The position numbers and the translations under genes are program-made. 25,727 nt of DNA from a virus. Lineage: Duplodnaviria > Caudoviricetes. The notes beneath the pieces are model-generated. The model saw only the letters and a list, made by a program, of their open reading frames with translations. It did not search any database and was not told the origin of the DNA. The DNA lies in IMG/VR virus record IMGVR_UViG_3300020362_000088, positions 1 to 25,727 of that record. One strand, written 5' to 3'. Shown here piece by piece: positions 8,685 through 18,155 of the stretch (the stretch's first letter is position 1; each line of letters begins with the position of its first letter).

Positions 8685-10384
8685 GTGACATAGACAGAAT
8701 AGAATATATAATAGAACAATTAACTAAAGGTGGTAGTCGTTCTGTTCGTTTATCTAACAAATTTAATATTAGTAAAAAAGATTTACCTACATTAAAAAGT
8801 ATACATGCTGAATTAAAGTTAGGTGGTGAACTTACACCAGGTACAATAGATGCAAATAAATTAAAATCTGATGGTGCTGATGATGCATTTGATACAGCAA
8901 TTATAAATAAAATTTTACAGTCGTCAGGTAGTACTGGTTTAGGTGAATATAAAGACAGTAACTTAGCAAATGTAGGTAATATAGAAAATATAGGTGGTGT
9001 AAAAAGTAAACAAATATTTAAACAAAGTAGAGGAAATGTACCTAGAAAAGTAGGTGATGTAGAAACTACTGTATCTAGAGCTTTATCAGACATACAAGCT
9101 GACATTGATATAGGTAAACAACTTCGTAGAGGTTATACACCTATGTTAAAAGATATAAGTACAGCTGGTCCTAGACCTAGTTTTGTAGAAAAATATGTAC
9201 CTGTTTATAAATCATTAGATGATTTTAGTGACAATGAATTGCGTTTAACTAAACAATATGTTACTGCTAAAAACAAAGGACTATCAGATAAACTTGCATT
9301 AAAAGTAACTAAGTCAGGTATTAGTCGTATGTTACGTACATCTGGAACTGATATATCTAAAACATTACCTTCAGCTGGTGATAGTGCTACAACAAAAGCA
9401 GTAGAAGCTGCTAATCAAGCAACTGAAGACTTAGAATATTTACAAAAAGAATCAGGTTTATATGATGATAAATATTACGGACCTGTAGATAGTCATGTAA
9501 AAGAATATAATTTAATTAAAACTGCAAATGACAGCAGCATTGGTAAACAAATGCCATTTGAAAGTAGTGCTGAAATTAAAGAATACAATAAAATGGTACA
9601 AGATTTTGACAAAGTAGATTTATCTACTGAAACTAAACGTGCACAAAAATTAAGTAAATCATTAGACGAATCACAAACAAACATTATAGAACAAGGTAAG
9701 GGTGGTTTGTTAGAAGGACAAGCTATAGGTGCACAAACTAAACCTATGCTTACAGAAAACTTTGGTGATATGAAAATAGGTGGTGGATTTAAAACTAAAA
9801 CTGAAGAAGATATAGAAGCTGCAGCAAAAATAAATTATGAAAAAGCTTATGGTGATAATACAATACCTATTAATTTTAAACATCCAACTGCTGTAGGAAA
9901 TAAAACTATAAAAGAAATGGGTTTTAATGTTGGAGATAAATTACCTGTAGGTATTGATAAAAAAGGTAACTCAATATTTTTAAAAGTAGGTCCTGAAGTT
10001 GATGAAGCAAAACCAATAGGTACTGGTATTACTTCTTTTGGTACTGATAGATTATCAGGTGTAAGATATGACTCAGATAAACAAGCTGAAAGAGCTAGTA
10101 AACAAAACCCAGGTAGAATAGAAATTTATGACAAAACAAAAAGAGAATATAAACCTAAACAAACATATGTTCCTAGTGCTGTTGATGCAGATACACCTAC
10201 AATATCTAAAGCAGAATATAAAACACAACAATCATTAGTTGGTCAAATGAATCAATTAAAAGCAATGTACCCTAACGTTGCAAATAAGAATAATCTTGTT
10301 AGACTAGCTGTAAGAAATATGGAAAAAGAGTATGGTTTACCAGTTAATAAAAAATTACTGTTAAATCTTAGCAAGTTTTTTTAG
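8681..10384 (+). CDS. Large hypothetical protein (567 aa), possible internal virion protein
   Basis: Long ORF with ATGA overlap; hydrophilic, no Cys or Trp, no recognisable motif. Confidence 0.6.
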   Translation: MSDIDRIEYIIEQLTKGGSRSVRLSNKFNISKKDLPTLKSIHAELKLGGELTPGTIDANKLKSDGADDAFDTAIINKILQSSGSTGLGEYKDSNLANVGNIENIGGVKSKQIFKQSRGNVPRKVGDVETTVSRALSDIQADIDIGKQLRRGYTPMLKDISTAGPRPSFVEKYVPVYKSLDDFSDNELRLTKQYVTAKNKGLSDKLALKVTKSGISRMLRTSGTDISKTLPSAGDSATTKAVEAANQATEDLEYLQKESGLYDDKYYGPVDSHVKEYNLIKTANDSSIGKQMPFESSAEIKEYNKMVQDFDKVDLSTETKRAQKLSKSLDESQTNIIEQGKGGLLEGQAIGAQTKPMLTENFGDMKIGGGFKTKTEEDIEAAAKINYEKAYGDNTIPINFKHPTAVGNKTIKEMGFNVGDKLPVGIDKKGNSIFLKVGPEVDEAKPIGTGITSFGTDRLSGVRYDSDKQAERASKQNPGRIEIYDKTKREYKPKQTYVPSAVDADTPTISKAEYKTQQSLVGQMNQLKAMYPNVANKNNLVRLAVRNMEKEYGLPVNKKLLLNLSKFF

Positions 10385-10392
10385 GAGTATAA

Positions 10393-11478
10393 ATGGTCGC
10401 ATTTAAAGGCGGAAATAATACAGGTGGTCAGAATGTAGATTACTATGATAATCCTAACTATGACCCAACAGATGAAGGCAAATCTAAAAGCAGCAAAAAA
10501 GCTAGTGATTTAGGTGATGCTATTAGTGATTATAAAAATGCGTACGGTTATCATACAGAAAATGTAGAAGCCGATACTAATTTAGGGCGTGGTGGAACTT
10601 TAAAATCTTATGAAGATAGAATAGATGCACAATCTGAAGCATTGGATACACAGGTAAAAAAAACAGTATCTTATTTCAGAGGTAAAGATAGAGAAAGAAT
10701 GAACCCAGGTGGTGTTGGTGGTCCACAAATTAATCCTAAGTTTAGTCAACCTGCATCATTGCAAGATAAACTAAACAAATTTGGTTTTTCTTATGACCCA
10801 ACTGACCCAGATACATTTTTTGACCAAGTTTTTAGAACACCAGAACAAGCAGTAGACCAATATAATGTTAGAAGATTTGATACAAGTAATATGAGTCCTC
10901 ATAGTGGTTGGAATCAAGAAACGATGGAATACAAAAAAGATAGTCCAATGCCTAAAACAGTAGCTGGTGTTAATCAAGAACTACAAGCAGTTAAAGCTAG
11001 AACAAGAGATGCTGCTATGGAATTTAGAGGCATGGTATTTGATTTTATTGATGCACATAGAAGTAATTTAATTCAACATAAAAATGATATAGTTAATGAA
11101 CACTTACGTAGAGAAGATTCAGGTACAACAATGATGTTTAATGAAAAAGATATAGAAGATAAATATTTTCCTGATGATGCAAGTAAAAAAGCAGCTAAAA
11201 AAGAACTTCAAAAAATGGTTAGTTTTACTGATGCCGCAAGTGATATAACTAGAGAATATAGTACTTTAGGTCAACTTGCAGAAACTATTGTTGGTGATAC
11301 TCCTGAAACCCCTATGGGTTTAATGGACCATGGTATACGTGGAATGGTTGGTGAACCAAAATTAATTAATGAAGCAATTACTGCTGAAAATTATAAAAAA
11401 AGTTTAGATGCTTACTCTCAATGGAAATCTAAAAAAGGTATTCCAAAAATAGTAAGATTAATAAATAAACTACCATAG
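10393..11478 (+). CDS. Hypothetical protein (361 aa), possible internal virion protein
   Basis: AGGAG RBS; hydrophilic, Cys-free. Confidence 0.6.
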   Translation: MVAFKGGNNTGGQNVDYYDNPNYDPTDEGKSKSSKKASDLGDAISDYKNAYGYHTENVEADTNLGRGGTLKSYEDRIDAQSEALDTQVKKTVSYFRGKDRERMNPGGVGGPQINPKFSQPASLQDKLNKFGFSYDPTDPDTFFDQVFRTPEQAVDQYNVRRFDTSNMSPHSGWNQETMEYKKDSPMPKTVAGVNQELQAVKARTRDAAMEFRGMVFDFIDAHRSNLIQHKNDIVNEHLRREDSGTTMMFNEKDIEDKYFPDDASKKAAKKELQKMVSFTDAASDITREYSTLGQLAETIVGDTPETPMGLMDHGIRGMVGEPKLINEAITAENYKKSLDAYSQWKSKKGIPKIVRLINKLP

Positions 11479-11486
11479 GAGATAAT

Positions 11487-11693
11487 ATGAGTAATGAATT
11501 AAAAGATATGCTAACCAAAACTCTTTGGACATTTGTTGAAGCATTTATTGGTGCATTAACAGTTGCACCACTTGTGGGTGTAGACGCTAGTGCAATTCAA
11601 TTAGCAGCTATGTCTGGTGCAGGTGCAGCATTAGTTGTTGTTAAAGAGTTTGCTAAAAAACAAGTATCATCACCAGCTAAAGTAAGTAAATAA
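11487..11693 (+). CDS. Holin (r1t-like, two TM helices)
   Basis: AGGAG RBS; KTLWTFVEAFIGAL...AAMSGAGAALVVVK with basic tail. Confidence 0.75.
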   Translation: MSNELKDMLTKTLWTFVEAFIGALTVAPLVGVDASAIQLAAMSGAGAALVVVKEFAKKQVSSPAKVSK

Positions 11694-11938
11694 TGCCTGG
11701 ACATTATCACAATAAACACGAAGTAGCTTTAGAAAATAAAGATGAAGAATCTATTGTAGAAGCAGGTGTTAATTTTGAAAAGATTGCTAGTCATACTGTG
11801 CTTACTGACATGGGATTAGCACAACAACCTGTATCACATGGTAAAAGTGATGGTCAAGTATCTGTTAACTCAGTCGCTGCTGCAGTTGCAGCTCCAAAAA
11901 TAGACGAACGTAACGTATATACATTAGAAAATCTATAA
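11693..11938 (+). CDS. Hypothetical protein (81 aa)
   Basis: TAATG coupling at both ends. Confidence 0.6.
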   Translation: MPGHYHNKHEVALENKDEESIVEAGVNFEKIASHTVLTDMGLAQQPVSHGKSDGQVSVNSVAAAVAAPKIDERNVYTLENL

Positions 11939-12474
11939 TGGCAAGTGATAACTACAATAAATTAGTAGGTAAAGGTTCTGCCGGTTTAGGTACAAATGAA
12001 CTTAAAAAACGTGTCAAACAACACAATGCATTAGCTGAAAAAGCATTTGCTAGTGTTAAAGGCAAAGAACAACTTACTGCTGCTGACGTAGCTAACATTT
12101 ATCGTGGTATTAAATTAAAAAATGATGCTAAATTAATGCAATCTATAGGTGATAAAACATATTCTTTTCCTAAACAAAAAAATAATAAACCTATAATTCC
12201 TGGTTTACCAGAATATTTTACTAGGGATAATGTTAAAAAAGCAATGGCTGATACAATAAAAGATTACCAAGATACTGGAAAAAAATGGGCTAAAAATATT
12301 GCTAAAGGTTATAAAGTATTAGACGCTATAAACTATGGATTACTTCCTGGTGGTGTTAAACCAGTAAATCCTTTTGGTAGTAAAACAGGTAATACTCTCA
12401 CACGTTTAAATAGTTCGCCAACCCTTCCAGTATGGGAAGATAGAAATAAAAAAAATAAGAATACTAAATTATAG
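11938..12474 (+). CDS. Hypothetical basic protein (178 aa), last gene of + arm
   Basis: TAATG coupling; 3' end overlaps the convergent HNH gene by 11 nt. Confidence 0.6.
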   Translation: MASDNYNKLVGKGSAGLGTNELKKRVKQHNALAEKAFASVKGKEQLTAADVANIYRGIKLKNDAKLMQSIGDKTYSFPKQKNNKPIIPGLPEYFTRDNVKKAMADTIKDYQDTGKKWAKNIAKGYKVLDAINYGLLPGGVKPVNPFGSKTGNTLTRLNSSPTLPVWEDRNKKNKNTKL

Positions 12475-12739
12475 TACTCTCTCTTTTAAGATATCCTTTT
12501 AATAAATCCCTATACGCTACTGATGTACCTACTCTTTGCCTTCCATCATAAATATCATGGTGATGTTTACATAATATAGCTACGTTATTTATATCAAACT
12601 TACGTTTTTTATTGCCACCCATACCTATTCCTTGTATATGTGCAAGCTCTAACCATTTGTTGTCTGTACAATATGCCCACTCACAGCGTCCTCCTGCCCT
12701 TTTAAGAGCTTCTTCTCTTAAAGGTGACAAACTATCCAC
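12464..12739 (-). CDS. HNH endonuclease (91 aa)
   Basis: RAGGRCEWAYC...LELAHI...GG...NNVAILCKHHH. Confidence 0.85.
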   Translation of the reverse strand: MDSLSPLREEALKRAGGRCEWAYCTDNKWLELAHIQGIGMGGNKKRKFDINNVAILCKHHHDIYDGRQRVGTSVAYRDLLKGYLKRESTII

Positions 12740-12981
12740 TATTCTTCTTCCATACGCTTGTAATCTTTAACATGTGCATCTTGTTGATATTCTTCAGACA
12801 ACTGTTCTAAATGAAAATTGTAATCATTTACAAACTTATCCATTAAAAATCTTAATTTTACCATGTTAGGTGCTACATTAAACGTGTCGCTACCACATGC
12901 GTGGTCAAATTGTTTTGCCCATACTTTCATAAACTTAGGGTTAGTAAATATATTAATCTTATCTATGTCTATTTTCGCCAT
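12739..12981 (-). CDS. Hypothetical protein (80 aa)
   Basis: AGGAGG RBS; tight packing. Confidence 0.65.
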   Translation of the reverse strand: MAKIDIDKINIFTNPKFMKVWAKQFDHACGSDTFNVAPNMVKLRFLMDKFVNDYNFHLEQLSEEYQQDAHVKDYKRMEEE

Positions 12982-13167
12982 TTATTCCTCCTTAAAGTAA
13001 TCGTCAAACATATCTTGTTCACATTTTGTACAACGTTCTGTAAATTCATAATCAGATTTAAATTGTGTCCTACAATTTTTACATCTTATATCATAATTAT
13101 CTACAGTTATTTGACTTCGCCATATATTCCAATCGCCAGATGTATACGATTTAAAGTAATCATTCAT
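12982..13167 (-). CDS. Zinc-ribbon microprotein (61 aa, MNDYFKS...)
   Basis: GGAGG RBS before ATG 13167 (track start 13248 lies deep in the upstream gene); CKNC...CTKC. Confidence 0.65.
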   Translation of the reverse strand: MNDYFKSYTSGDWNIWRSQITVDNYDIRCKNCRTQFKSDYEFTERCTKCEQDMFDDYFKEE

Positions 13168-13600
13168 TAGTTTCCTCCATATATAACAGTTTGTTTTTGT
13201 AATCTTTCCAACAATGTTTACTAGCATTCCAATGGTGCCATCCATCATTGTAAACTAACCAAGCAGCTACTGCTGTAGATACTTCAGGGTCAGTTCTATC
13301 ACTTATTATACCAAGCTTAGGAGTTAACCAAGCCCAGGTATTATCATTGAATTGCCATAAGCCGACATCTTTGGTCTTATCTGTATTAATGCCTATCGCA
13401 GTAGGCTTTCCACTACTCTCACAGGAGATTACATTTAATGCCTGTAAGGTATCGGCTTTGGCAAAATACCTTTGTACAAGGTCTGTATGTTCTAACACAT
13501 ACTCCACTTTAGAAGCCACTTCCATACATTCCCTGTACTCTGGTAATGTATCGGTTGTAATCAACAGGGGTATCATACAACCGACCAATACTTCTATCAT
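13160..13600 (-). CDS. Lytic transglycosylase (SLT/lysozyme-like, 146 aa)
   Basis: Catalytic CESSG, N.D.T.DVGLWQFN..TW and GWHHW motifs; hydrophobic N-terminus. Confidence 0.85.
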   Translation of the reverse strand: MIEVLVGCMIPLLITTDTLPEYRECMEVASKVEYVLEHTDLVQRYFAKADTLQALNVISCESSGKPTAIGINTDKTKDVGLWQFNDNTWAWLTPKLGIISDRTDPEVSTAVAAWLVYNDGWHHWNASKHCWKDYKNKLLYMEETNE

Positions 13601-13881
13601 TAGCTAATGGTAGCAGCTTTCTTTGTAGGTAATTCAGTACAAAAGTAATGTACTAACCCACGTTTTTTACTAGGTAAAGTGGTTATCTTATAACCTTCCT
13701 GCCTAAGATTATGGATAATACCACCGAATCTGTGGCAGTATAACTCTGCTACAAATTCCCAGTTAGATATTGGTTCTTCATTCATGTATCTTGTTAATAC
13801 ATAAGCAACCAATTGTGTTTTGCTTTTGATATACGCAGGTATTGCTTCATCTCTGAAGTATTCAGGTATCATATTCCCCAC
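13600..13881 (-). CDS. Winged helix-turn-helix protein (HTH_39-like, 93 aa)
   Basis: ISNWEF...HRFGGIIHNLRQEGYKITT; start may be the second Met (MIPEY). Confidence 0.7.
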   Translation of the reverse strand: MGNMIPEYFRDEAIPAYIKSKTQLVAYVLTRYMNEEPISNWEFVAELYCHRFGGIIHNLRQEGYKITTLPSKKRGLVHYFCTELPTKKAATIS

Positions 13882-14408
13882 TCCTCTGGTATATCACTGT
13901 TGTCTATCCACCAAGACTTACGCCACTTGCCTGTATGACCACCGCATTCTGCAGGGTTATTAGTGCTGCATGTAAAGTCTGGGCTTTTATCTGACCTTTT
14001 ACTGTTACGATTGTCATACACCATTTGTTGACAATAAGGACACTTAAGGTCATCTCTATATTTATTTTGTTCAGCCATTTGGTTTACTACCTCTCCGACA
14101 ATACCTTCTGGAGTTTGTGGTCCATTAGTAATGTCTATTGTTTCTATACCAGCTGCACTTAGTTTCTCTTGTATTGACATAGTTTCAAACTCTGCTTGAG
14201 TAAACTCTGTAGGTAAATCAAGCATTCGTTCAATCATGTCAAGGTAAGCTCCGACCTGTTCATCAGACCAGAGTTCCTTACTGGCTGGAAACTTTTTAAC
14301 TTGTGCATACTGATTTGCAGTACCTATTATTTTATTAACAGTTTCTACAGATTCAACTTTAGAAGTCATTTCTGCAACAGTTTGTGTAATAAAGTTAAGG
14401 TCTTGCAT
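13869..14408 (-). CDS. Protein with C-terminal zinc-binding domain (179 aa), recombination-module associated
   Basis: CPYC..MVYDNR...KSPDFTC...C...W motif; coupled to the Rad52-like gene. Confidence 0.6.
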   Translation of the reverse strand: MQDLNFITQTVAEMTSKVESVETVNKIIGTANQYAQVKKFPASKELWSDEQVGAYLDMIERMLDLPTEFTQAEFETMSIQEKLSAAGIETIDITNGPQTPEGIVGEVVNQMAEQNKYRDDLKCPYCQQMVYDNRNSKRSDKSPDFTCSTNNPAECGGHTGKWRKSWWIDNSDIPEEWGI

Positions 14409-14971
14409 TAGAATGGTGCTTCTTCTGGCTCATTAACAACGCTATCTGCAATTGCTTGCATACGTTCTAATGTTTCTTTAGAAGGTTTATTTTCCTTCTT
14501 ACGCATATCTGCTTTAGTTACTTTAACTTTAGCGTCTTTGTCAGCCATATCCTGTGTGTAACCATCATGTGCTACAGATGTAGCTTCTTCTTCTGATTGT
14601 TTACTACCAGACCATAGCTCAACACCAAGACCAAACCTCATACACGCACGTTTAAATGCGTCAGACTCTGCGTCTTTAAGGTTTGTACCATCATTGAACT
14701 TAGCATTGCCTAGCTTAAATGTATCAACGTCACCGAAACCATCATAGCTACCCATGCCTTCAATAGTTATAGTACCTTTAGCACCTACTATTCTTTTTTC
14801 TCCATTGTATGTACCATACACAGCTTCACATTGCCATGTGTACTTAACTCCACTGTCCCTTAAACGCTCAACGTAGTGTGCGTGTGGAACATAATCACCA
14901 AACTTACCAGCTGGTGCTTTACGAACTAACTCCTGTGGAAATGGAGATAGTAAGTCAACGTTATTAGTCAT
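14408..14971 (-). CDS. Rad52/Rad22-family single-strand annealing protein (Sak-like, 187 aa)
   Basis: LLSPFP, YVPHAHYVERL and LKDAESDAFKRACMRFGLG motifs; acidic EEAPF tail. Confidence 0.85.
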   Translation of the reverse strand: MTNNVDLLSPFPQELVRKAPAGKFGDYVPHAHYVERLRDSGVKYTWQCEAVYGTYNGEKRIVGAKGTITIEGMGSYDGFGDVDTFKLGNAKFNDGTNLKDAESDAFKRACMRFGLGVELWSGSKQSEEEATSVAHDGYTQDMADKDAKVKVTKADMRKKENKPSKETLERMQAIADSVVNEPEEAPF

Positions 14972-14984
14972 AACATTCCCTTCT

Positions 14985-15021
14985 GTATTTGTTTTTTTCT
15001 CATAAAGAGAAAAACAAATAC
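14985..15021. repeat. Conserved-loop hairpin, copy 1
   Basis: GTATTTGTTTTTTTCTC-ATAAA-GAGAAAAACAAATAC (17/5/15), directly upstream of the RBS of the Sak-like gene. Confidence 0.85.
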
Positions 15022-15023
15022 TT

Positions 15024-15194
15024 CTATTCTTTATCTAAGTCTAATAAATTTCGCAAGTTATGTACCCCTTTTTCTATGGGTACTAATTTGCACTCGCCAT
15101 TTATGTTGGTCAGAATAAAGTATGGCTTATCACCTAAACCACTGTACTCTATTCCAGTTAATGTCCAACTAGACTTAGTGTCTATGTTTGTCAT
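15024..15194 (-). CDS. Hypothetical protein (56 aa, MTNIDTK...), probably leaderless
   Basis: ATG 15194 lies 7 nt after TATAAT; ORF track extends it to 15212. Confidence 0.6.
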   Translation of the reverse strand: MTNIDTKSSWTLTGIEYSGLGDKPYFILTNINGECKLVPIEKGVHNLRNLLDLDKE

Positions 15195-15201
15195 AGTTTT
15201 C

Positions 15202-15231
15202 ATTATAGTCACTTATGTGACAATTTTACAA
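15202..15231 (-). promoter_or_regulatory. Sigma70-type promoter TTGTAA-N18-TATAAT with palindrome in spacer
   Basis: -10 at 15202-15207, -35 at 15226-15231; GTCAC-TTAT-GTGAC at 15208-15221. Confidence 0.55.
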
Positions 15232-16267
15232 GGTATTCTGCAGTTACTCCATGATTAGGTTTAGCAAACAATAACCATTGACATGGTCTTCCCATACTTG
15301 CTAATTGTTCTAATGCATATGTATTGTAACTTTCAGTACTACCATTTACCCACAATCTTATGTCATTAACATACATAGTTGTAGGTGTATGCCAATGTCC
15401 AGCAATAGCATAATCAAAATCAGGCATTAAACCTCTAGACGCTAGTGCTTTCCAACCTAATAGCTTTTTACCAAAGCCATACCATGGAAAACCTGAGTGT
15501 CCCCTTACATTATCGCCATGCCAAACAAAGAATTTACATCCTTTACCCAAGTCAGCAATATCAAACCAATGATTATCACCCTCAGAATCAGGAATAGTAA
15601 ATGATATTCGCTTATCTTTTTCATATACCATATCCATTATCTTGCCTAGCATTCTGTCTGCATTGCTATCAGGGTGATAATCTTTTCTGGCACGTCCCCC
15701 TAACGAACCATGGTTACCTATTACCCAATGTACTTCTACTTCATTAAAGTTCGCCAATAATGTATCAAAGAATTTTGTAAGTATTCTTGGACCATCAACT
15801 GTAACTTGATTGTATAAGCTTGCGTCAATCAAATGTGTTTGACCTGGGAATATAAGTTCACCTTCTACAATATCGCCAGCAGCTAGGACTACGCATTTGT
15901 TAACTGGATGTGCATATCGTTGTACGTTTGTCAACTCAACTATTTTATTTGCATATTCAATTACACGTTCTTCTGCTACTTCTGTGTTATAATCTGGCGT
16001 TACTTTCGCCAATTGTACATCTGAGAGTACAGCTATAGCTACTTCTTCGTTTTTATTACGTTTATGTAATTTAGGTTTAGGAATATTTGGTTTATTCCAT
16101 GTACGAAGATTAGTAGATACAGCTTCATAAACTGCTTCAATCATGTCAGCTTTTTTATTCTTAGCTTTTTCTAATGACTTAAGTAGTTTAAGGTTATCAG
16201 CTTTGAGTTCTTGTACTAATTTAGATTCAGCTTCTATAAATAGTTTATCAATATCTTTGTCACTCAT
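15209..16267 (-). CDS. Calcineurin-like metallophosphoesterase with N-terminal coiled coil (352 aa)
   Basis: SDVQ, GDIVEG, GNHG, WHGD and GHWH motifs. Confidence 0.9.
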   Translation of the reverse strand: MSDKDIDKLFIEAESKLVQELKADNLKLLKSLEKAKNKKADMIEAVYEAVSTNLRTWNKPNIPKPKLHKRNKNEEVAIAVLSDVQLAKVTPDYNTEVAEERVIEYANKIVELTNVQRYAHPVNKCVVLAAGDIVEGELIFPGQTHLIDASLYNQVTVDGPRILTKFFDTLLANFNEVEVHWVIGNHGSLGGRARKDYHPDSNADRMLGKIMDMVYEKDKRISFTIPDSEGDNHWFDIADLGKGCKFFVWHGDNVRGHSGFPWYGFGKKLLGWKALASRGLMPDFDYAIAGHWHTPTTMYVNDIRLWVNGSTESYNTYALEQLASMGRPCQWLLFAKPNHGVTAEYLVKLSHK

Positions 16268-16500
16268 TGAGTACCTAGATTTGCCAAGTTTTCAAAGTGA
16301 TTACGCACTGCACTTTCACTTATTTTTATACCATAGTTTTCTTTCAATAATCTTGAAACAACATATGGTTTTATATTACGTCCTGACTTAACACGTTCCT
16401 CACATCCACGCCAAAAAGGTTCAGCTTCTTCAGTAATTCTGTCTAGTATAGGACTTCTTTTACCATTCTCTGCTTCGTAAAGCATATCATCTATATTCAT
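16264..16500 (-). CDS. Small HTH-like protein (78 aa), probably leaderless
   Basis: VVSRLLKENYGIKISESAVRNH; ATG 16500 lies 7 nt after TATAAT (16508-16513). Confidence 0.65.
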   Translation of the reverse strand: MNIDDMLYEAENGKRSPILDRITEEAEPFWRGCEERVKSGRNIKPYVVSRLLKENYGIKISESAVRNHFENLANLGTQ

Positions 16501-16507
16501 ACTATTC

Positions 16508-16534
16508 ATTATACTCTTTCTGATATTTAGTCAA
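16508..16534 (-). promoter_or_regulatory. Promoter TTGACT-N15-TATAAT, probably leaderless
   Basis: Perfect -10; near-consensus -35 but short spacer. Confidence 0.5.
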
Positions 16535-16544
16535 TCTTATATAA

Positions 16545-16697
16545 AAATAAAATAGCGTAATGGTGTTCACTATAGGGATTGACTTGTACAGATTGTACGA
16601 AAACCTTGTCCGGAGTTCTCCTCCGACTCTATTCCATTACTTGATAAGGGTTACGTGGAAAGGAACACGTCACTATTGCTAGTACCTTATCTGCTAC
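16545..16697 (-). ncRNA. Candidate multi-branched structured RNA ending in a U-tract
   Basis: Nested inverted repeats GTAATGG/CCATTAC, GATAAGG/CCTTATC, CGGAG/CTCCG, GTACA/TGTAC, ACGTG/CACGT, closed by TAGC/GCTA. Confidence 0.5.
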
Positions 16698-18155
16698 TTA
16701 TACTAGCACGTTTAGTTTTAATGCGTGCTCTTTTACTTCCTTCATATTTTTTAGATTAATTATGTTTGCTTTCATACAAGTATCTAAGCATTCTTTAAGA
16801 AGATTGTAACCACAACTACTATCACCTCTACCAAATACTTGCATGTCACTAACCCATATACGTCTAGCTGGTTGTTCTGCTAGCCAACGTAAAGCTGGAC
16901 CGTCAATAACATTACCTCTGCCAGAATGTTTATTTAAATAAACATCGTCAGCACGTAATCCATTCTTAGCAATAATGCGTAAGTCACCGTAATTACCACT
17001 ACCATTGTACATAGCAATATTAACAGCAGGTAACAACATCATAATATCTAAGATATCTTGTCCATCAAACGACATTGAACCAGAAGCGTCAATCAATATA
17101 GTGCCACCTTTGACACGTTGTTTTTGTTTGAATATCTTCTTGTCAATACAGTACCTATTAATGTATTTAGGATTATAACCATAATCTTGTGGTCTATAAT
17201 CTCTACCATTTTTAAGTCTAGCTTGTAGATTAACTGACAATGGAGGTTCATGCATTCTCATTTCACCCCATACACCCAGAGTAGATGTTGTATAATAACG
17301 CATTTCTTCTAACAACTTACGTTGCATACGTCTTTTAAGTTCTTCTGGACTGTTACCAGAACCAGCTGTATCACTCTCTGCTTCACCTTCACCATCTTCA
17401 TCCATACCAGGTGCAGTGTTAACACCAGGTTTAGGCATAGGTTTATATACATAATCTGAACTAGGTTTATCATCCATTTCTAACAGAATTGTTAGACGCT
17501 TTGCTAGCTTTTTAACCTTAGCAAACGTAGGTGTATTAGTTCTTCTACTACTTATTAAGTCGTATGCAAATCGTTCTATTTGTGCTTTTACAAATTGATA
17601 TTCCATACGTCTTGCTTCTGTATATCTCATGTCATCTGCAGCGTCTTCTAACACAGCCAAATACATTTGAGTTAATCCACTATAATTATATGAATTGTAA
17701 CCATTGTAATATCTACGATATTTACTATCTTTTCTATTACTCCAAGTTAACAAGTTAAGAAAGCCTGCTATCATTTCTGCAATAGAACCTTCTGCTAATA
17801 GTTTAAGTACTTGTGCATTAGTAAAATCTATACATTTATATGGTTCTACTATGCCAACATTTTCTCTACCTAGTAGCCAGTCTATACGCATACGCTCTAG
17901 AATTTCTACAGCTTCTTGTCTAGTATCAGGTCCAAACTTACCTAATGTTTTAGGTGACCATTTAGCTCTACCTAGTTGATGTCTACGTATCATACGACTA
18001 TGGTTTACACCACAATACTCACACTCTCTATCAAGTGGTACAACCATCTTTCTATTTAGATTGTCAGTACGTGGTGTCTGATTTATATCAGTAGTCCCAT
18101 AGACTTGCCAAGCTTCGCCAGTTACAATCTCTGGATAAGGATAAGCTTTAGTCAT
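16698..18155 (-). CDS. VWA (MIDAS) domain protein, MoxR partner (about 485 aa)
   Basis: TILIDASGSM MIDAS motif, GNVIDG, IWVSD; acidic linker; likely start MTKAYPY at 18155. Confidence 0.85.
   Translation of the reverse strand: MTKAYPYPEIVTGEAWQVYGTTDINQTPRTDNLNRKMVVPLDRECEYCGVNHSRMIRRHQLGRAKWSPKTLGKFGPDTRQEAVEILERMRIDWLLGRENVGIVEPYKCIDFTNAQVLKLLAEGSIAEMIAGFLNLLTWSNRKDSKYRRYYNGYNSYNYSGLTQMYLAVLEDAADDMRYTEARRMEYQFVKAQIERFAYDLISSRRTNTPTFAKVKKLAKRLTILLEMDDKPSSDYVYKPMPKPGVNTAPGMDEDGEGEAESDTAGSGNSPEELKRRMQRKLLEEMRYYTTSTLGVWGEMRMHEPPLSVNLQARLKNGRDYRPQDYGYNPKYINRYCIDKKIFKQKQRVKGGTILIDASGSMSFDGQDILDIMMLLPAVNIAMYNGSGNYGDLRIIAKNGLRADDVYLNKHSGRGNVIDGPALRWLAEQPARRIWVSDMQVFGRGDSSCGYNLLKECLDTCMKANIINLKNMKEVKEHALKLNVLV

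Noticed and set aside
291-10977. Antisense or alternate-frame ORFs inside late genes (291-578, 1051-1239, 2156-2569, 2846-3028, 3702-3920, 4582-4803, 4721-4948, 5118-5333, 7297-7482, 7773-7964, 8227-8424, 8656-9105, 9493-9684, 10771-10977)
   Set aside because: Overlap better-supported genes; no RBS or motifs.
16550-16697. tRNA or hammerhead ribozyme
   Set aside because: No cloverleaf, TTC-RA T-loop or CUGANGA core on either strand.
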